A stretch of 55,719 nt of DNA from a virus. Its lineage: Duplodnaviria; Caudoviricetes. Position numbers and translations under genes: made by a program. Shown piece after piece: positions 10,901 to 21,735 of this stretch. Where the stretch lies: positions 1 to 55,719 of IMG/VR virus record IMGVR_UViG_3300033141_003115, one strand, 5' to 3'. The notes beneath the pieces are model-generated. The model saw only the letters and a list, made by a program, of their open reading frames with translations. It was not told where the DNA came from and ran no database searches. Each line of letters begins with the position of its first letter. The stretch's first letter is position 1.

Positions 10901-11090
10901 TATTATTATAAAAAGCCGTAACAGAATCAAATTGCACTAAACGTAATGCATTCTTTATAGTTGTCGATTCCACACTCGGCATAGCAAAAGGAGATGGCAT
11001 AGTCCAAATTCGACCATCATCAGTCATAAATGTATATGCTCGTAAAACTGCTCTGTACTTTCGTGATTGAAAGATATCAGTTATGTACAT
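7938..11090 (-). CDS. Baseplate hub / tail-tip (Tal-like) protein
   Basis: Directly follows the tape measure gene. The motif NAVTVLG...NNTSIRHFGRR...QAEAVASNIL resembles hub proteins. Start moved to ATG 11090 (SD GGGAGGT). Confidence 0.6.
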   Translation of the reverse strand: MYITDIFQSRKYRAVLRAYTFMTDDGRIWTMPSPFAMPSVESTTIKNALRLVQFDSVTAFYNNIVEVSITASRDAATSIMLRMPYESNASKYGTGTHATQELQVLRPQTFVDGDKYFITPSLFKGSYLYRLDIVPRNAVDWSASEASIRQTINSLSDKETYFMYLTDSTVTRTTTEKYMDLNFVDTSYLFQTNMNISYPEQTMYEKLFKTGKDAELLSLLQSNGVYPSVWDGWTLPNLLLALMHYAGMLPPDWESVSVINKTGYVEYKVYWDSYEAVVLRLYGELNSLRLPYSPEYPNPDETLSDGYYFKTNPYDTISNMLENLMQTLGVNWRIDPATGILQVFFDSNNIVHEGTLSESLMSSFGYNYNDANLRNAVTVLGQEYGAGKMYSAYVQNNTSIRHFGRRHMVFQHPLILSDSQAEAVASNILNQYAFNVGSLNIDTLYAFRLNPYNRLNVKLSDDNITMGTGSTPLLEVDSVSKNIDWLGKGTSRLSLINIVKKVYIPLEELFGGREIQIDDLSKFTFTWNSPLLSTDIKSLLTTNIVRVPVGRKVRVAWRQSKTYTLTVYGYDGNITWFPIATKGFQQIDTPGYKVIEKDVDDLYDPDEDTWTGFSNAADIESEFSALCSADGTGTHTPIKYLQVSKNTLYSEGVFNYTISLNYALTYSSISDRLKRPILAFVAIPLLNFEISDGQLIYDMRSLPNDSYRYALLQEVVFKLDFWKKNLDKAPVNLTELPFSEWAGVNLDVESPVSFKANTWFSCQGVFNDQQTVAFNLLCEKSGNDALLISRKFLLVAFIQAWDSNIKQYRWVPIGDYILIDVPPPSKGLTLYWDGDQFKLSVFENVSFFGNDNRFQILSDSSHSTLTAEGSYVYNYIKDNCIIDMDQWKVIDSETLGRNVFDYKLKYITDIPYRLSMLVLKYKYEGSLWWTYRALNWKYNRLELVRLDLSPTQDYKSIEVTLEDLDYNSFAELSSTEPNVFTLTFVASPFQYYDAHFYLDNGYCLMQRSAVTHGSEPSEDTNTYPTYFWVKDAIISDSREHVAGVTGFNFN

Positions 11091-11107
11091 ATTTACCTCC
11101 CACACGA

Positions 11108-14100
11108 TCAATACACTCGTCTTACAGAATTCTCAACAGCTCTGGCAATTTTATCAATATCAGAATCTGGAATTCCTCCTTGCCCGTTCACATTTACTGT
11201 AACAGTTACTGACGCTGGAACTCCTGCTGGAGCTATAGCGGGCGTCATAGCTGATGCTGGCACAAAAGCGTATCCAAATTCACTTGGAGCATTGTATAAT
11301 GTAGCACGCATACGGGATAAGATATCTGTTAATGCTTCTAATGCTACTGTATTTCGTTCTAATGCACTTAAGTGATTCTGTATTGCTTCTGTTTCTTGCT
11401 CCTGTGATTGATTAAATAGATTAAATATCTGCATTAATCCACCAATGAATAATAATCCGACTCCAACCCAGCCTAAGCTACCTGCCACTGTTCCTATTAA
11501 AGTTTGTGAAGCTAAAGCAGTTTGTGCAGCAGCTTGAAGTTCCATCATCCGTGTTGCTGTATTGGAAATAATGTTAATTGCTTGTACGATTTTACTGGTA
11601 GCATCTTGCATGGACGGGAACGTATTACCTAATGTAGTAAGAAAGTCAGTAAGAGAATCAAGAAATCCAGTAAAAGCATTTCTAATAGCTTGTTGTTGTT
11701 CTTGTAACTCACGTTCGGCTTCATTTATCTGTTCTTTATTCCGTTGATATGCGTCTATAATAAATTGAGCAAACTCTTGATGCTCCATTAAATAACTTAT
11801 TATAGCTTGCTTATTTCCTTGTTCAAGTAATGTTCTTAAAGTAGCCCATTCAGTATCAAATCGGCTTCTCAGCTCATTCTGAAGTGCAGCTTGATCTGCA
11901 CCATATGTCTCAAGCCATGTTACTAAATCAATACCATATTCCTGAGACAAGCGAGCCAATTCTTGCTTGAATTTAGTAGTATCTTTACTATAACGTTCAC
12001 GTAAATCCTGTACTCTATCCATAATCTCAATAGCTAAAACCTCTATTGCAGTGTTTGCATATTCGCCAATTATATCTGATAATTTAGCTTCATCTGTTTC
12101 TGCAAATATCTGCTCTAATTCCTGTTTCATATCCTGAACATCAAATGCAACTGTACGTAATCTCGATATAAATCTATCAAAATCTAAATCTTTCAACATT
12201 TCTGCAATATCTTGACTGGCTTCAGCTAAGTCTCCAAAAATCGCTTGTAATAATTTCAAAAGAGGAATTACCCACGAACCCATTTCAGTTAATTGTGCTT
12301 CTGTAATCTCTCCTTCTCTGCTGAGAATTTCTAATAATTCTTCTACATGAGCACGTATTACTGCTACAAATTCTGCTTTAGATAGTTCTTTTATCTTCTT
12401 TGTTTGTGGGTCTAAAATTTCTACACCATATTTCTCGCTCAATGATTGTAATGCATCTATCCATTCCTGTGTACCTTCACCATATTTTTTCTGAATGTCT
12501 ATTATATCTCTGGATAACTGCACATACATAACATCTATTGCATCAGAAAGTGATTCCATAATGTAATCTATCTTAGAAGTTCGATCAGTCTGAAAATCAC
12601 GTAACCATTGCACAAAATCCATGTTAATTTGTCCAACTGTATTCTCAAGTGTACCAAATAATGTTTCTGGATCAAAAATTCCTCGGAAATTAATCCCTTC
12701 AATAGCATCTTGTGTTTCTGATACCCAATCCTTGATCTTTGTTCCATATACATCAAACAATACTAACAAGAACTTCTTCTGTTCGTCTGTAAGTTGACTT
12801 ACATCTCCAGTTTCTAATGCTTTTCTAATAGCTTCAAAATTATTCTGTATCCAAGTCTCTAATTCAGTGTACACATATCCACGTAATGTAGTAACAAAAG
12901 TTCCTAAGGAAATTACATCAAATTGACCTTCTGCAATAAACCTATCAATATATTTCTTAATCTGATTTAATGTATCCGTTGATAGAATACCACTGAAAGC
13001 AGTTCTCCATGCCTCCCAAACGTTGGTTAAAGTCTCACGTACATCTCCTTCTGTTAACTTACCTCTTACCTGCGCTAAACTAAGTAACTTATCTAAATCA
13101 GATGTATATTGATCTACTAATTGACTGACAACATCACTGGATGCACTTTGTACTACATCACTTAATTTAGTTATTATCAATGGAAGCTCACTTCGAGGAA
13201 TCTGAGATAATTGCTCTTGTACCAAATCGTCTATATCCATTTCATCCCGTACATCAGCAAACGCTCTTCGTAAATCATCTAAGAAATTATTCAATGTAGT
13301 ATATAACCCAGTCTTCAAAGCATTCTTCAGGTTTATGTATGCTTCTTCAAAACGTTCAATACGAAGAACATCTCGTAAACGTGTACCATACTCTATCAGG
13401 AATGCTTTTGTTTCCTGACTGAGATCATCTATACTCTTAATCTCTCCTTTTGCAAGTGCAAGTAGTTCAGTATAAACTTTATCTAATGTTTTTACTTCAA
13501 TGTCAAGAGCTTTATATTGTACTTGTGCCTGCTCTATCTCAGCTTTAATACGTTCACGATCAGAATCAGAAGCACTGGTTAATGCATTTTGTAAATCTTC
13601 TATATGCTGCGCTAAAGCATTCATTTCCTTTAATGTAGTAGTATAAGAAAGATTTATAGCATAAAGCAAGGATTCTATACGCTTCTGCGCTAAAGCAATT
13701 GCTTTTTGCCCCGACTCAGTAACAAGTCTCTCACTGAGAGTTGCTGTGGTTTCCTTAGTTATCGCCGTCTCAACAGTTTCAGTTATTTGATCCATTAAAT
13801 TCATATATCCTTGAGAAACACCAGATTTGAACCCGTTAATTAAATTAGTAATATCATTACCAAATTTTTCTATGATAAAGTCATATCCTTTCTGTAATGC
13901 TGTACGTAATAAATCTAAAGCATTACTTATAGCATTACTAATCTTCTCATAATTTTCTCTGATTTGTGTATAATCAACACTTCGAATTTCATCGGCTGTA
14001 TCCTCACTTTCACTTCGTACAAACTGTAAAAACTCCTCTATCATAGCAGCATACTCTTGAGCAACTGCAAGCTGATCTTCCTTTATAGCTTCTTCCATCT

Positions 14101-17100
14101 TGTCGAACCAATGTTGTAAAATCTTACCATAATCAGCTCGACGTTTCGATTCTGGGGGCAATAATCGTTCATATTCTTCTCTATAACGCTGAAGTTTGAC
14201 CTTTAATACGTCTAACGTATCTATACCAAAAGCCTCAGCTAAAGCACGTTTGCCTTCATCTGAAATACTTTTAGCAAGAGCTTCTAAATCTGCTTGAACC
14301 TGTTCTTTTGCTTGTTTCTTAATTATATTCTTCAACATTTCCTTTGCCTTGGGATCAACTTCAGCTAATTTCTGCAATTTAGCTACATCTAAATCTTTAT
14401 AAGAGGCTATCTCACCCCAAACAGCTTCCCATTCTTCTGGAGTGAATAGATTTCTAACTTCTTCTATAACTTTATCTGTAATATTCAATGGGATATTAAA
14501 TATTTCTTCAATGTTAAGTTTAATAGATTCTAAGTCTTGTAATTTCTGATCAACAGAATTTTGTAATTGCTTCTGCTTGTTCAACACATCATTCCAATTA
14601 TTTTTAGCTTCCCGTGCTCGTGGTAAAACATTATTAGATAAATGATCGCTAAACTCTTTTAGCTGGAACAATCGTTCTCTCGTGGAAACAATACTTTCTA
14701 ATCGAATATACTCATCTTGCAAAGCCTCAAGCTCTTGCTCAAAACTCTTCTTATCCTGCTCAGACATATCAGATAACATATCTCGAATTTCATTAAGCTG
14801 GCTATTAATATCTCTTTTAACAGAATCTATTTCTGTCGGAAGTTCTAATCCGTGCTCAGCATATACTTCTTGTAACGATTTCAAGAATTCTCTTCGCCAT
14901 ATCGGTTCTAAGAGCTCTTCCATTTCTTGTGCTACTGAAGCATCTTCTTGAGCTAATACTTTGGCTGTTTCTACAATATCTGTAACTACTATCTCATGCT
15001 TCTCAGCTAATTTGCGTATCCATTCTTTGAAATCTTCTCCATAAGTGTCTATTAAAGTTACTATATCCTGTGTAGTAAAACTTATCTGATCAAAACCTTG
15101 AGATAAATAATCTACCTCTATCTGTAATTGATTCCGTGTTTGTTCTAAACGATTTCTTATATCATTTAAGAGATCATTTTCCACATTATATATTATATCC
15201 AATATAGATGTAATTTTTATCAAAGATAATGCTGCGGCTGCAAAATTACCTCCTACTTTATTTGCTTCCGCCTCAATATCATCTAAACTTCTAAGTATCG
15301 CCATGGATAATACTTTGTTTTTCTCCATCAACGCTTCTGCACGTCGTCGTGCATCCTCAAGCTCTTTATCAAATTCTTCTCTGGACATGCCAGCAATTAA
15401 TTCAGCAAGAATATCTGTTCCACTTTCATGTAATACTTTAATAACATCACCTAATAAACGATTTATCGTAGGTTTTAATATATTACCTAATATAAAATCT
15501 ATAATATCTTGATTACCTTCTTGTACCTGTCTTCTAAGAGCACCTAATAACGTTTCATCAGGTTTGGCATAACCCTGTGCTTGCAAAACCTTTAACAAAT
15601 CTTCTTGAGTAGTACCTAATTCTTCTACAAATTCTTCTAAATCAAAACCAGTTTCTAATATCTGTTCAACAAATATCTGTGCAAAGTTAATCTGCTCATT
15701 TAATACATTCTGTACTTGATCTTGCCATCTTTGCCATGTATCTCTATATGCAGATGTGGTTTCTTCTGCTGATACTTTCCCTGTTGATCTTTGTAATGCG
15801 AAAGTAAGTAATTGCAAGAAACCTATAAAACCTTTAATACTCTTATCTAATTCTTCTCCTTGTATCTCACCCGCTTGAATCATACGCTGTAATTCATCAT
15901 ACATGGCTTTAGCATCATTTACATATTTTATTACTACTTCATTTCCTTCATTGTACAAATCTTCAAATTGATTTATAAAATCATCCATAGCTTTCTTAAG
16001 TTCATCTTGTGGAGTTAATCCTGCTTCTAACGCTAAACTTTGTAAAATATCTTCCTGTCCAAAATACTTTCGAATAAGGCTACCTAATAGCTTCTTTGAA
16101 GCCTCTACTGCTTTAGATGAATAATATACTCTCACTAAATCTTTGACTATACTTAATCCTTCTTCATATCCCTGCTGTAATCCAAGTGCAAGAGCTTTTA
16201 TATTATCTTCTTGAATTCCTAATAATTCCTTTAGTTGTTTCAATACCTCAGCAGATAAATTCTGCATGGCAAACTCTGCTATTGCTTGCCATTCTGTCGC
16301 TTCCACCGAAGGAATTTCTTCTATCTCAACAGAAATTCCTAATAATTCTTTCAACACATCATTAACCATCTGATTTTCTTGTTCTTCAACAGTACTACGC
16401 ATATCTTCTATAGCAGATAAAACAGCTTTTTGACCATTAACAAATTTATCTAATAAATCTTTAACAGCCTCTGGAGCCTTTAAGGCTGTCATGTACAATA
16501 CTGCACGAACAGTCTCGGCTCCACCTACTCTTATATGCAACATGTTTTTCATAATTTTAATAAAATCATCACCATATTGAATAAACATATTATCTATGCT
16601 CTTAACTAAGTCACCAAACTCTTGCAACCGTTTTTTATCTGTTTCAGATAACGTTTTATATGCTAAGTCTAACATTTTACTGATCTTGCTTTGTACATCT
16701 CCCCAAGCACCTTCAGCAATTGCCTTTTGTACATCAGCAACAGCTTTTTCTAAATCACCCAAAAGCTTAGTAACTTCGCTGCGTTTATCTGGGTCTGCAA
16801 TATCTTCTATTTGTTCTCGTACAGAATTTATAAATTTAGTCATAGGCTCTATAACAGCTTTATTAAATACATCATCAAATAACATGCCTGTGCTTTCTCT
16901 AAATGATGTTCCAAAATTCTGTTGAGCAAAACTTACCAGTGAAGTAATAGCCCTCTTAGCTGCAACTTCACTGGGTTCATATTTATAAGTCCCTATTGTA
17001 ACTTCGCCTAATTCTCCTATACTAATATCAAATATATCTTGAATATTTAATAGAAATCCTTCAAATATAGAACGCCATAACCGTTCACCAAACGCTCTTT

Positions 17101-20100
17101 CAACAATATTAATAGTGCCCTCAATAATACGACGTTTAATTTCCTCAGCTGACAATTCTGCTTGCTGCTCTAAATCCGTATCAAGAGCTATGCCCATACT
17201 CTCAGCTAAGCTGCGTAAAAATAGGGATATATCACCCGCCAACCCAATTTGTATTTTCGTAATCTTTTCATTAAGCTCATTAAGATTTCGTTCTGCAGTT
17301 TCTAACGTAGAATTAATTTGTGGATCAATCTTTCTAATTTCTTTGTATTGATTCTCAAACTTATCTCTTAATTCTGCTATTCGAGCACGAATTTCACTTA
17401 TTTTTCCTAAAGCATCCTCTACTCTCATATTTCGCACAGAATCTACTAAACCTTCAACAGATTGTTCAATATCATTAACTAATTCTTGATCACTTACCAA
17501 TAATTGCTTTACATGCTCATTAGTAGAACGACTTAAAGTATCTATTTGATCAACAAGTGCATGAACCTCAGGAAAATATTGTGTAGTCAATATTTCGTTT
17601 ACTTCTTCTGCAGTATTATTAGCCATAACTACCGTGTCAGTAGATTGCGATGCTACGGCTTCTATATTACGAGCTGCTTCTGTCATAACAGCTTGGGTGT
17701 CTTTTATCTCATATCCTTGTTGTCTTAATTCCTCTACATAACTTTCCATTTTAACACTTAAAGGCTGCCAGTCAGCCCGTGCAGAAACCCTGGGAGCTTT
17801 TAACATACCCGCACGACGTAACCCCGCTGTCACCTCTTCGCGAGATAATCTAATAGCATTTATATCATCTATTACCTTAGTTTTTTCCTCTCTATATATA
17901 TCTATTAACTTTTGTGTTTCATCATGCTCTTCTTCTAAAACTTTATAAGCTACCAAAGTGGCTGCTTCAACCACACTAAGTTCTTTGCCCACTTTCGCAC
18001 GAATTTGCTCAATATTTGTTACTCTTTCCATAAAAGAATTATAAACTGCACCAAATGCTTCATCTAACTGCTCCTGTGTTTTATCTCCTAAAATTGATGC
18101 TAATTTTGTTATAGCATAAATAGCTCCAGCACCAAGTAATGCCCACGGAAAAGCTCTACCTATAACTGATACTAATATTGGAAATAACTGTGTTCCAACA
18201 CTTCGACTTATTAAAGCACCTATTTGTCGAATAAAAGTAGTAGCTGTAACAGCAAGAGCTAATTCTACAAATATCATAACAGTTCTATGTTTCTGCATCC
18301 ATTCTTGAAATTCTCCTGGAATAAGTCTAAGTATTATATCTGTAGCAAGAAAAGCTGCTGTCCCCGCTTTAATTCCAAACCCTATTTTCTGTAATAACTG
18401 CATCAATGCGGGACTTTGTCCAGCAGCACTTGCAGCACGAGTAATTGTACTTATTAATTGACCACCTAATAACAACTTAATAGCGCTGAATACAAATTTT
18501 AATTCAGCTATCAGTAATACAAAATCCCAACCACGTAAAATGCGTAGAACATTTTCAAGAGCCAGCTCTAACACAGTTAATATAAATTCAGAAACACCTG
18601 CTGCATTGAATTTATATTTGCCTTCAGGAGTCTTTATATATAAACCTAATATAACTCCAAATTCTAATAATAAATCTGGCAGGGTCATGCGTCCTTCAAC
18701 ACCAAAAATACCAGAAAACATTTCCATTATACTATCATAAACCATGACAAGCATTTTGCGTACAAAATCAGTTATAGTACCTTCAAAATCTTCTAAACCA
18801 AATAACGATATTACTGCATCCTTTATTACATTTGCAATTGCTCTTAAAATATTACCAAATTTTCGAGCAAGAATTGGAATTGTTATAGTATCTATACCCT
18901 GTATAAATCCCATCAAGTTATTATAAAAATCTAATATAGCATCACGTAAACGTTGTATAGAAGGTACTTGAGCAAACAAACCTAATATAGCGTTAGTTAT
19001 ATTCATAAATATTGTAGGTATTAATTCCAATTTCCCTTGTGTAAAAGCATCAACAAATTGCTGTATACCTATAGCAGCAATACGTACGGCTTCTCCAAGT
19101 AACGGAAACCGTTCACTAAATGCCTCAAAAAATTCAGTACCCTGCTGAGCTTGATAAATCAATACTGCAAATGCACTACTAAGGAGTCCAAACGGAGTAA
19201 GTAATCCTCGAACAACACCTGCAACTAAGGCCAATACTGCAAACGAACCATAAAACAGAGATGCAAACTTAGCAAAGTTAGATAATAAACTATCATATTT
19301 TTTAATAATCATACTACCTGCATTCAACAACGATATTCCTATTTCAGTAAAACTCTGTATAGCATCAGATGCCGCCTCTACAACAGAAATTTTAAATGCT
19401 TCCCAAGATGCTTTCAATCTTTCCATAGCAAAACTAACTGCTTTTATCTGTTTTTCATACGCACTCTCCATCGCTCCACCAACTTCTTGCTCATATTGCT
19501 GAGCTATTCGAGAGAATTCAGCAAAGTTATTAACCATAGCACGAAGTACACGAATCGCACGCATATCAAAACCTACTGCTGTAAGCATGCGCTCCTGTGC
19601 TTCTGTACTAAATCCAGCTAAACTATTAGTTAAATCTTGTATAACAGGAAGTAACCCACGAAATTCGCCACGAAGATCATACGCTCGTACACCTAACTCT
19701 TCTAATGCTCGAATTGTATCTGGATTAGCCAGTTCTTCATAAAGACGAGCCAAACCAAAAGCACCCATTTCAGGCGAAAGACCTACACGAGTCAAGAACG
19801 CTATAGAATAGTAAGTCTCTTTAAGCCGCTCCATCTGACCGCCTAAGGATGCAGCAGACTGATAAACACGACCCATAACCGATACTAACTCTTCATATCG
19901 AATAATACCTATCTTAACAGCTTCAAATTGAGCATCGAATATTTCAGTAAGATTTTTTGCACTCAATCCAAAAGCATACATAGCTTGAATTCCACCTTTT
20001 AATGCTATATCAACTGATGTGACACCAGCACGAGCAGCTTTCATGGACTGCTCTACAGTATAAAACATATCCGATACAGCAATACCTGCAGATAAAGCGT

Positions 20101-20866
20101 CGTAAAATGCTTTTGCTACATTAAGAGGAGTTTCACCAAATTTTACAGCTAACGATAATCCAGCTTGATTCATTATATCTACAATGTTAGTTAACTCATT
20201 GCCCATAACTGTAAGACGATAACTTGTTTCTTCCATTTCATCATTAATAAGAGACCATGCATTGTAAATTTCTCGATTATAATCCATAAAAGAATCTAAC
20301 AAAGGACCAAATACTTTTAACATAAGCCATATGTTCATAAATTGCATAAATAACTGATACTGAAACCACTCAAACGCTTTGAAAACTTTTTCTAATCCAC
20401 TGCGCAAAAAATCAAGCGCCTTTGTAACTAATGCAAAAGGCGCTTTTACCACAGTCCAAAGACCCTTAAATAATGTATTTATAGTGACCCTAATTCGACC
20501 AATAGTAACAATAATATCACTAAGAACAGATAGTAACCCCTTAAATCCACCAACTACTAAATCTATAGGATTGGCTAACTTAATTATTTCAATAGTTGCT
20601 ATTTTAACTAAATCCAAAAACGATCTTACAGAAAGACCTGCTCTACGCCATTGCTGTGTTGTCCCCTCTGTAGCTTTATTTAACCCTTGAATCGTAGTAG
20701 CAGCCTTTTCAATCGATTTATTAATCTCACCAAAAGCAGTATTAAATGTCTCAGTAATAGCTGCAGCAGCTTGCTGAGCTTCCCGAACTATATTAACAAA
20801 ATCCGATATTACTCGCTCATATTCGAGAACTATTTGAGCAGTTAGTTCATTCTGTTCCAATTTCAA
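11108..20866 (-). CDS. Tail tape measure protein (~3250 aa)
   Basis: Very long and helical, with a TP901-type core (AKAFYDALSAG, VKIGIIRYEEL, LEELGVRAYDLRGEFRGL) and hydrophobic TM-like segments. Lies downstream of the tail tube and chaperones. TTG start at 20866, or 20860 by SD spacing. Confidence 0.93.
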   Translation of the reverse strand: MKLEQNELTAQIVLEYERVISDFVNIVREAQQAAAAITETFNTAFGEINKSIEKAATTIQGLNKATEGTTQQWRRAGLSVRSFLDLVKIATIEIIKLANPIDLVVGGFKGLLSVLSDIIVTIGRIRVTINTLFKGLWTVVKAPFALVTKALDFLRSGLEKVFKAFEWFQYQLFMQFMNIWLMLKVFGPLLDSFMDYNREIYNAWSLINDEMEETSYRLTVMGNELTNIVDIMNQAGLSLAVKFGETPLNVAKAFYDALSAGIAVSDMFYTVEQSMKAARAGVTSVDIALKGGIQAMYAFGLSAKNLTEIFDAQFEAVKIGIIRYEELVSVMGRVYQSAASLGGQMERLKETYYSIAFLTRVGLSPEMGAFGLARLYEELANPDTIRALEELGVRAYDLRGEFRGLLPVIQDLTNSLAGFSTEAQERMLTAVGFDMRAIRVLRAMVNNFAEFSRIAQQYEQEVGGAMESAYEKQIKAVSFAMERLKASWEAFKISVVEAASDAIQSFTEIGISLLNAGSMIIKKYDSLLSNFAKFASLFYGSFAVLALVAGVVRGLLTPFGLLSSAFAVLIYQAQQGTEFFEAFSERFPLLGEAVRIAAIGIQQFVDAFTQGKLELIPTIFMNITNAILGLFAQVPSIQRLRDAILDFYNNLMGFIQGIDTITIPILARKFGNILRAIANVIKDAVISLFGLEDFEGTITDFVRKMLVMVYDSIMEMFSGIFGVEGRMTLPDLLLEFGVILGLYIKTPEGKYKFNAAGVSEFILTVLELALENVLRILRGWDFVLLIAELKFVFSAIKLLLGGQLISTITRAASAAGQSPALMQLLQKIGFGIKAGTAAFLATDIILRLIPGEFQEWMQKHRTVMIFVELALAVTATTFIRQIGALISRSVGTQLFPILVSVIGRAFPWALLGAGAIYAITKLASILGDKTQEQLDEAFGAVYNSFMERVTNIEQIRAKVGKELSVVEAATLVAYKVLEEEHDETQKLIDIYREEKTKVIDDINAIRLSREEVTAGLRRAGMLKAPRVSARADWQPLSVKMESYVEELRQQGYEIKDTQAVMTEAARNIEAVASQSTDTVVMANNTAEEVNEILTTQYFPEVHALVDQIDTLSRSTNEHVKQLLVSDQELVNDIEQSVEGLVDSVRNMRVEDALGKISEIRARIAELRDKFENQYKEIRKIDPQINSTLETAERNLNELNEKITKIQIGLAGDISLFLRSLAESMGIALDTDLEQQAELSAEEIKRRIIEGTINIVERAFGERLWRSIFEGFLLNIQDIFDISIGELGEVTIGTYKYEPSEVAAKRAITSLVSFAQQNFGTSFRESTGMLFDDVFNKAVIEPMTKFINSVREQIEDIADPDKRSEVTKLLGDLEKAVADVQKAIAEGAWGDVQSKISKMLDLAYKTLSETDKKRLQEFGDLVKSIDNMFIQYGDDFIKIMKNMLHIRVGGAETVRAVLYMTALKAPEAVKDLLDKFVNGQKAVLSAIEDMRSTVEEQENQMVNDVLKELLGISVEIEEIPSVEATEWQAIAEFAMQNLSAEVLKQLKELLGIQEDNIKALALGLQQGYEEGLSIVKDLVRVYYSSKAVEASKKLLGSLIRKYFGQEDILQSLALEAGLTPQDELKKAMDDFINQFEDLYNEGNEVVIKYVNDAKAMYDELQRMIQAGEIQGEELDKSIKGFIGFLQLLTFALQRSTGKVSAEETTSAYRDTWQRWQDQVQNVLNEQINFAQIFVEQILETGFDLEEFVEELGTTQEDLLKVLQAQGYAKPDETLLGALRRQVQEGNQDIIDFILGNILKPTINRLLGDVIKVLHESGTDILAELIAGMSREEFDKELEDARRRAEALMEKNKVLSMAILRSLDDIEAEANKVGGNFAAAALSLIKITSILDIIYNVENDLLNDIRNRLEQTRNQLQIEVDYLSQGFDQISFTTQDIVTLIDTYGEDFKEWIRKLAEKHEIVVTDIVETAKVLAQEDASVAQEMEELLEPIWRREFLKSLQEVYAEHGLELPTEIDSVKRDINSQLNEIRDMLSDMSEQDKKSFEQELEALQDEYIRLESIVSTRERLFQLKEFSDHLSNNVLPRAREAKNNWNDVLNKQKQLQNSVDQKLQDLESIKLNIEEIFNIPLNITDKVIEEVRNLFTPEEWEAVWGEIASYKDLDVAKLQKLAEVDPKAKEMLKNIIKKQAKEQVQADLEALAKSISDEGKRALAEAFGIDTLDVLKVKLQRYREEYERLLPPESKRRADYGKILQHWFDKMEEAIKEDQLAVAQEYAAMIEEFLQFVRSESEDTADEIRSVDYTQIRENYEKISNAISNALDLLRTALQKGYDFIIEKFGNDITNLINGFKSGVSQGYMNLMDQITETVETAITKETTATLSERLVTESGQKAIALAQKRIESLLYAINLSYTTTLKEMNALAQHIEDLQNALTSASDSDRERIKAEIEQAQVQYKALDIEVKTLDKVYTELLALAKGEIKSIDDLSQETKAFLIEYGTRLRDVLRIERFEEAYINLKNALKTGLYTTLNNFLDDLRRAFADVRDEMDIDDLVQEQLSQIPRSELPLIITKLSDVVQSASSDVVSQLVDQYTSDLDKLLSLAQVRGKLTEGDVRETLTNVWEAWRTAFSGILSTDTLNQIKKYIDRFIAEGQFDVISLGTFVTTLRGYVYTELETWIQNNFEAIRKALETGDVSQLTDEQKKFLLVLFDVYGTKIKDWVSETQDAIEGINFRGIFDPETLFGTLENTVGQINMDFVQWLRDFQTDRTSKIDYIMESLSDAIDVMYVQLSRDIIDIQKKYGEGTQEWIDALQSLSEKYGVEILDPQTKKIKELSKAEFVAVIRAHVEELLEILSREGEITEAQLTEMGSWVIPLLKLLQAIFGDLAEASQDIAEMLKDLDFDRFISRLRTVAFDVQDMKQELEQIFAETDEAKLSDIIGEYANTAIEVLAIEIMDRVQDLRERYSKDTTKFKQELARLSQEYGIDLVTWLETYGADQAALQNELRSRFDTEWATLRTLLEQGNKQAIISYLMEHQEFAQFIIDAYQRNKEQINEAERELQEQQQAIRNAFTGFLDSLTDFLTTLGNTFPSMQDATSKIVQAINIISNTATRMMELQAAAQTALASQTLIGTVAGSLGWVGVGLLFIGGLMQIFNLFNQSQEQETEAIQNHLSALERNTVALEALTDILSRMRATLYNAPSEFGYAFVPASAMTPAIAPAGVPASVTVTVNVNGQGGIPDSDIDKIARAVENSVRRVY

Positions 20867-20872
20867 GCCTCC

Positions 20873-21631
20873 TTAAAGGCTGGATTTATTTTTCTTACGC
20901 TGCTCGTTTTCTAAGTGTTCACCATAAGCCTTCTTTACAGTCATTATTGCTCTTATTAATTTATAAGGCTGCTTAGCAAGACCTCCTTCATAAGGAAGAA
21001 CAGAAAAATGACCACCATTAGGTGAAATACACATATTCATTAATGAAATAAAAGGTTCAAAAAAAGCAAGCTCACGAACTTTTTCTACTACAAAAGTTTT
21101 ATCTTCATCTGGTAAATTTTCAAATTCTGAACGTAATTTTATACTTCTCTGATAACTTTCATATCTACCTTCAAAGAAATCATACGCTACACGTTCTAAA
21201 GCATTCATAAAATCTGAATATATAGGATTATCCACTAACCAATAAAAGTACAATACAAATGAACTTAATATCTGACCAACATCAGTAGGTAAAAGATCAA
21301 CTGAAATATTAAGCAAAGTATTACTCAATAAATCATAACCAAAATCAAGGAATTGCGTTACTTTTTCTAATTCTGTCTCTATTTCATTAAAAAGTTCCAT
21401 CTCAGACGAATACCATTGATATTCTGAATAAGTAATATCTGAACGTAATAATACATACTCATCAGATTTAGGTTTAAATGATAATCGAATCTTCTTCTTT
21501 TTATCTAAATACAAATATACTGGAATGGGTTTATCCGATAAAATGGCTTTCCTCAGAATATTTTCCCACTCGGAAATCTGAGGAAAGCCTAACTTTTGCC
21601 AGGTTTTTATGTGCTCGTTAGAAAAAGACAT
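20873..21631 (-). CDS. Pre-tape-measure protein (gpT-like tail assembly chaperone position)
   Basis: Position immediately before the tape measure gene. The C-terminal LPYEGGLAKQP motif is common in such proteins. Start moved to ATG 21631 after a G-rich SD. Confidence 0.55.
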   Translation of the reverse strand: MSFSNEHIKTWQKLGFPQISEWENILRKAILSDKPIPVYLYLDKKKKIRLSFKPKSDEYVLLRSDITYSEYQWYSSEMELFNEIETELEKVTQFLDFGYDLLSNTLLNISVDLLPTDVGQILSSFVLYFYWLVDNPIYSDFMNALERVAYDFFEGRYESYQRSIKLRSEFENLPDEDKTFVVEKVRELAFFEPFISLMNMCISPNGGHFSVLPYEGGLAKQPYKLIRAIMTVKKAYGEHLENEQRKKNKSSL

Positions 21632-21648
21632 TTCCCCACCCCTCTCCC

Positions 21649-21703
21649 GCTGTGAGCATGTGCCCATCCGGGCACACCATCCACAATATAATTAACTCAC
21701 AGC
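21649..21703 (-). promoter_or_regulatory. Nested stem-loop in the leader of the pre-tape-measure gene
   Basis: Outer stem GCTGTGAG/CTCACAGC (21649-21656 with 21696-21703) and inner stem TGTGCCC/GGGCACA (21659-21676). No U-tract follows. Confidence 0.5.
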
Positions 21704-21735
21704 AGCCAGTTAAAGCATCTTTCACTTATACCGCT

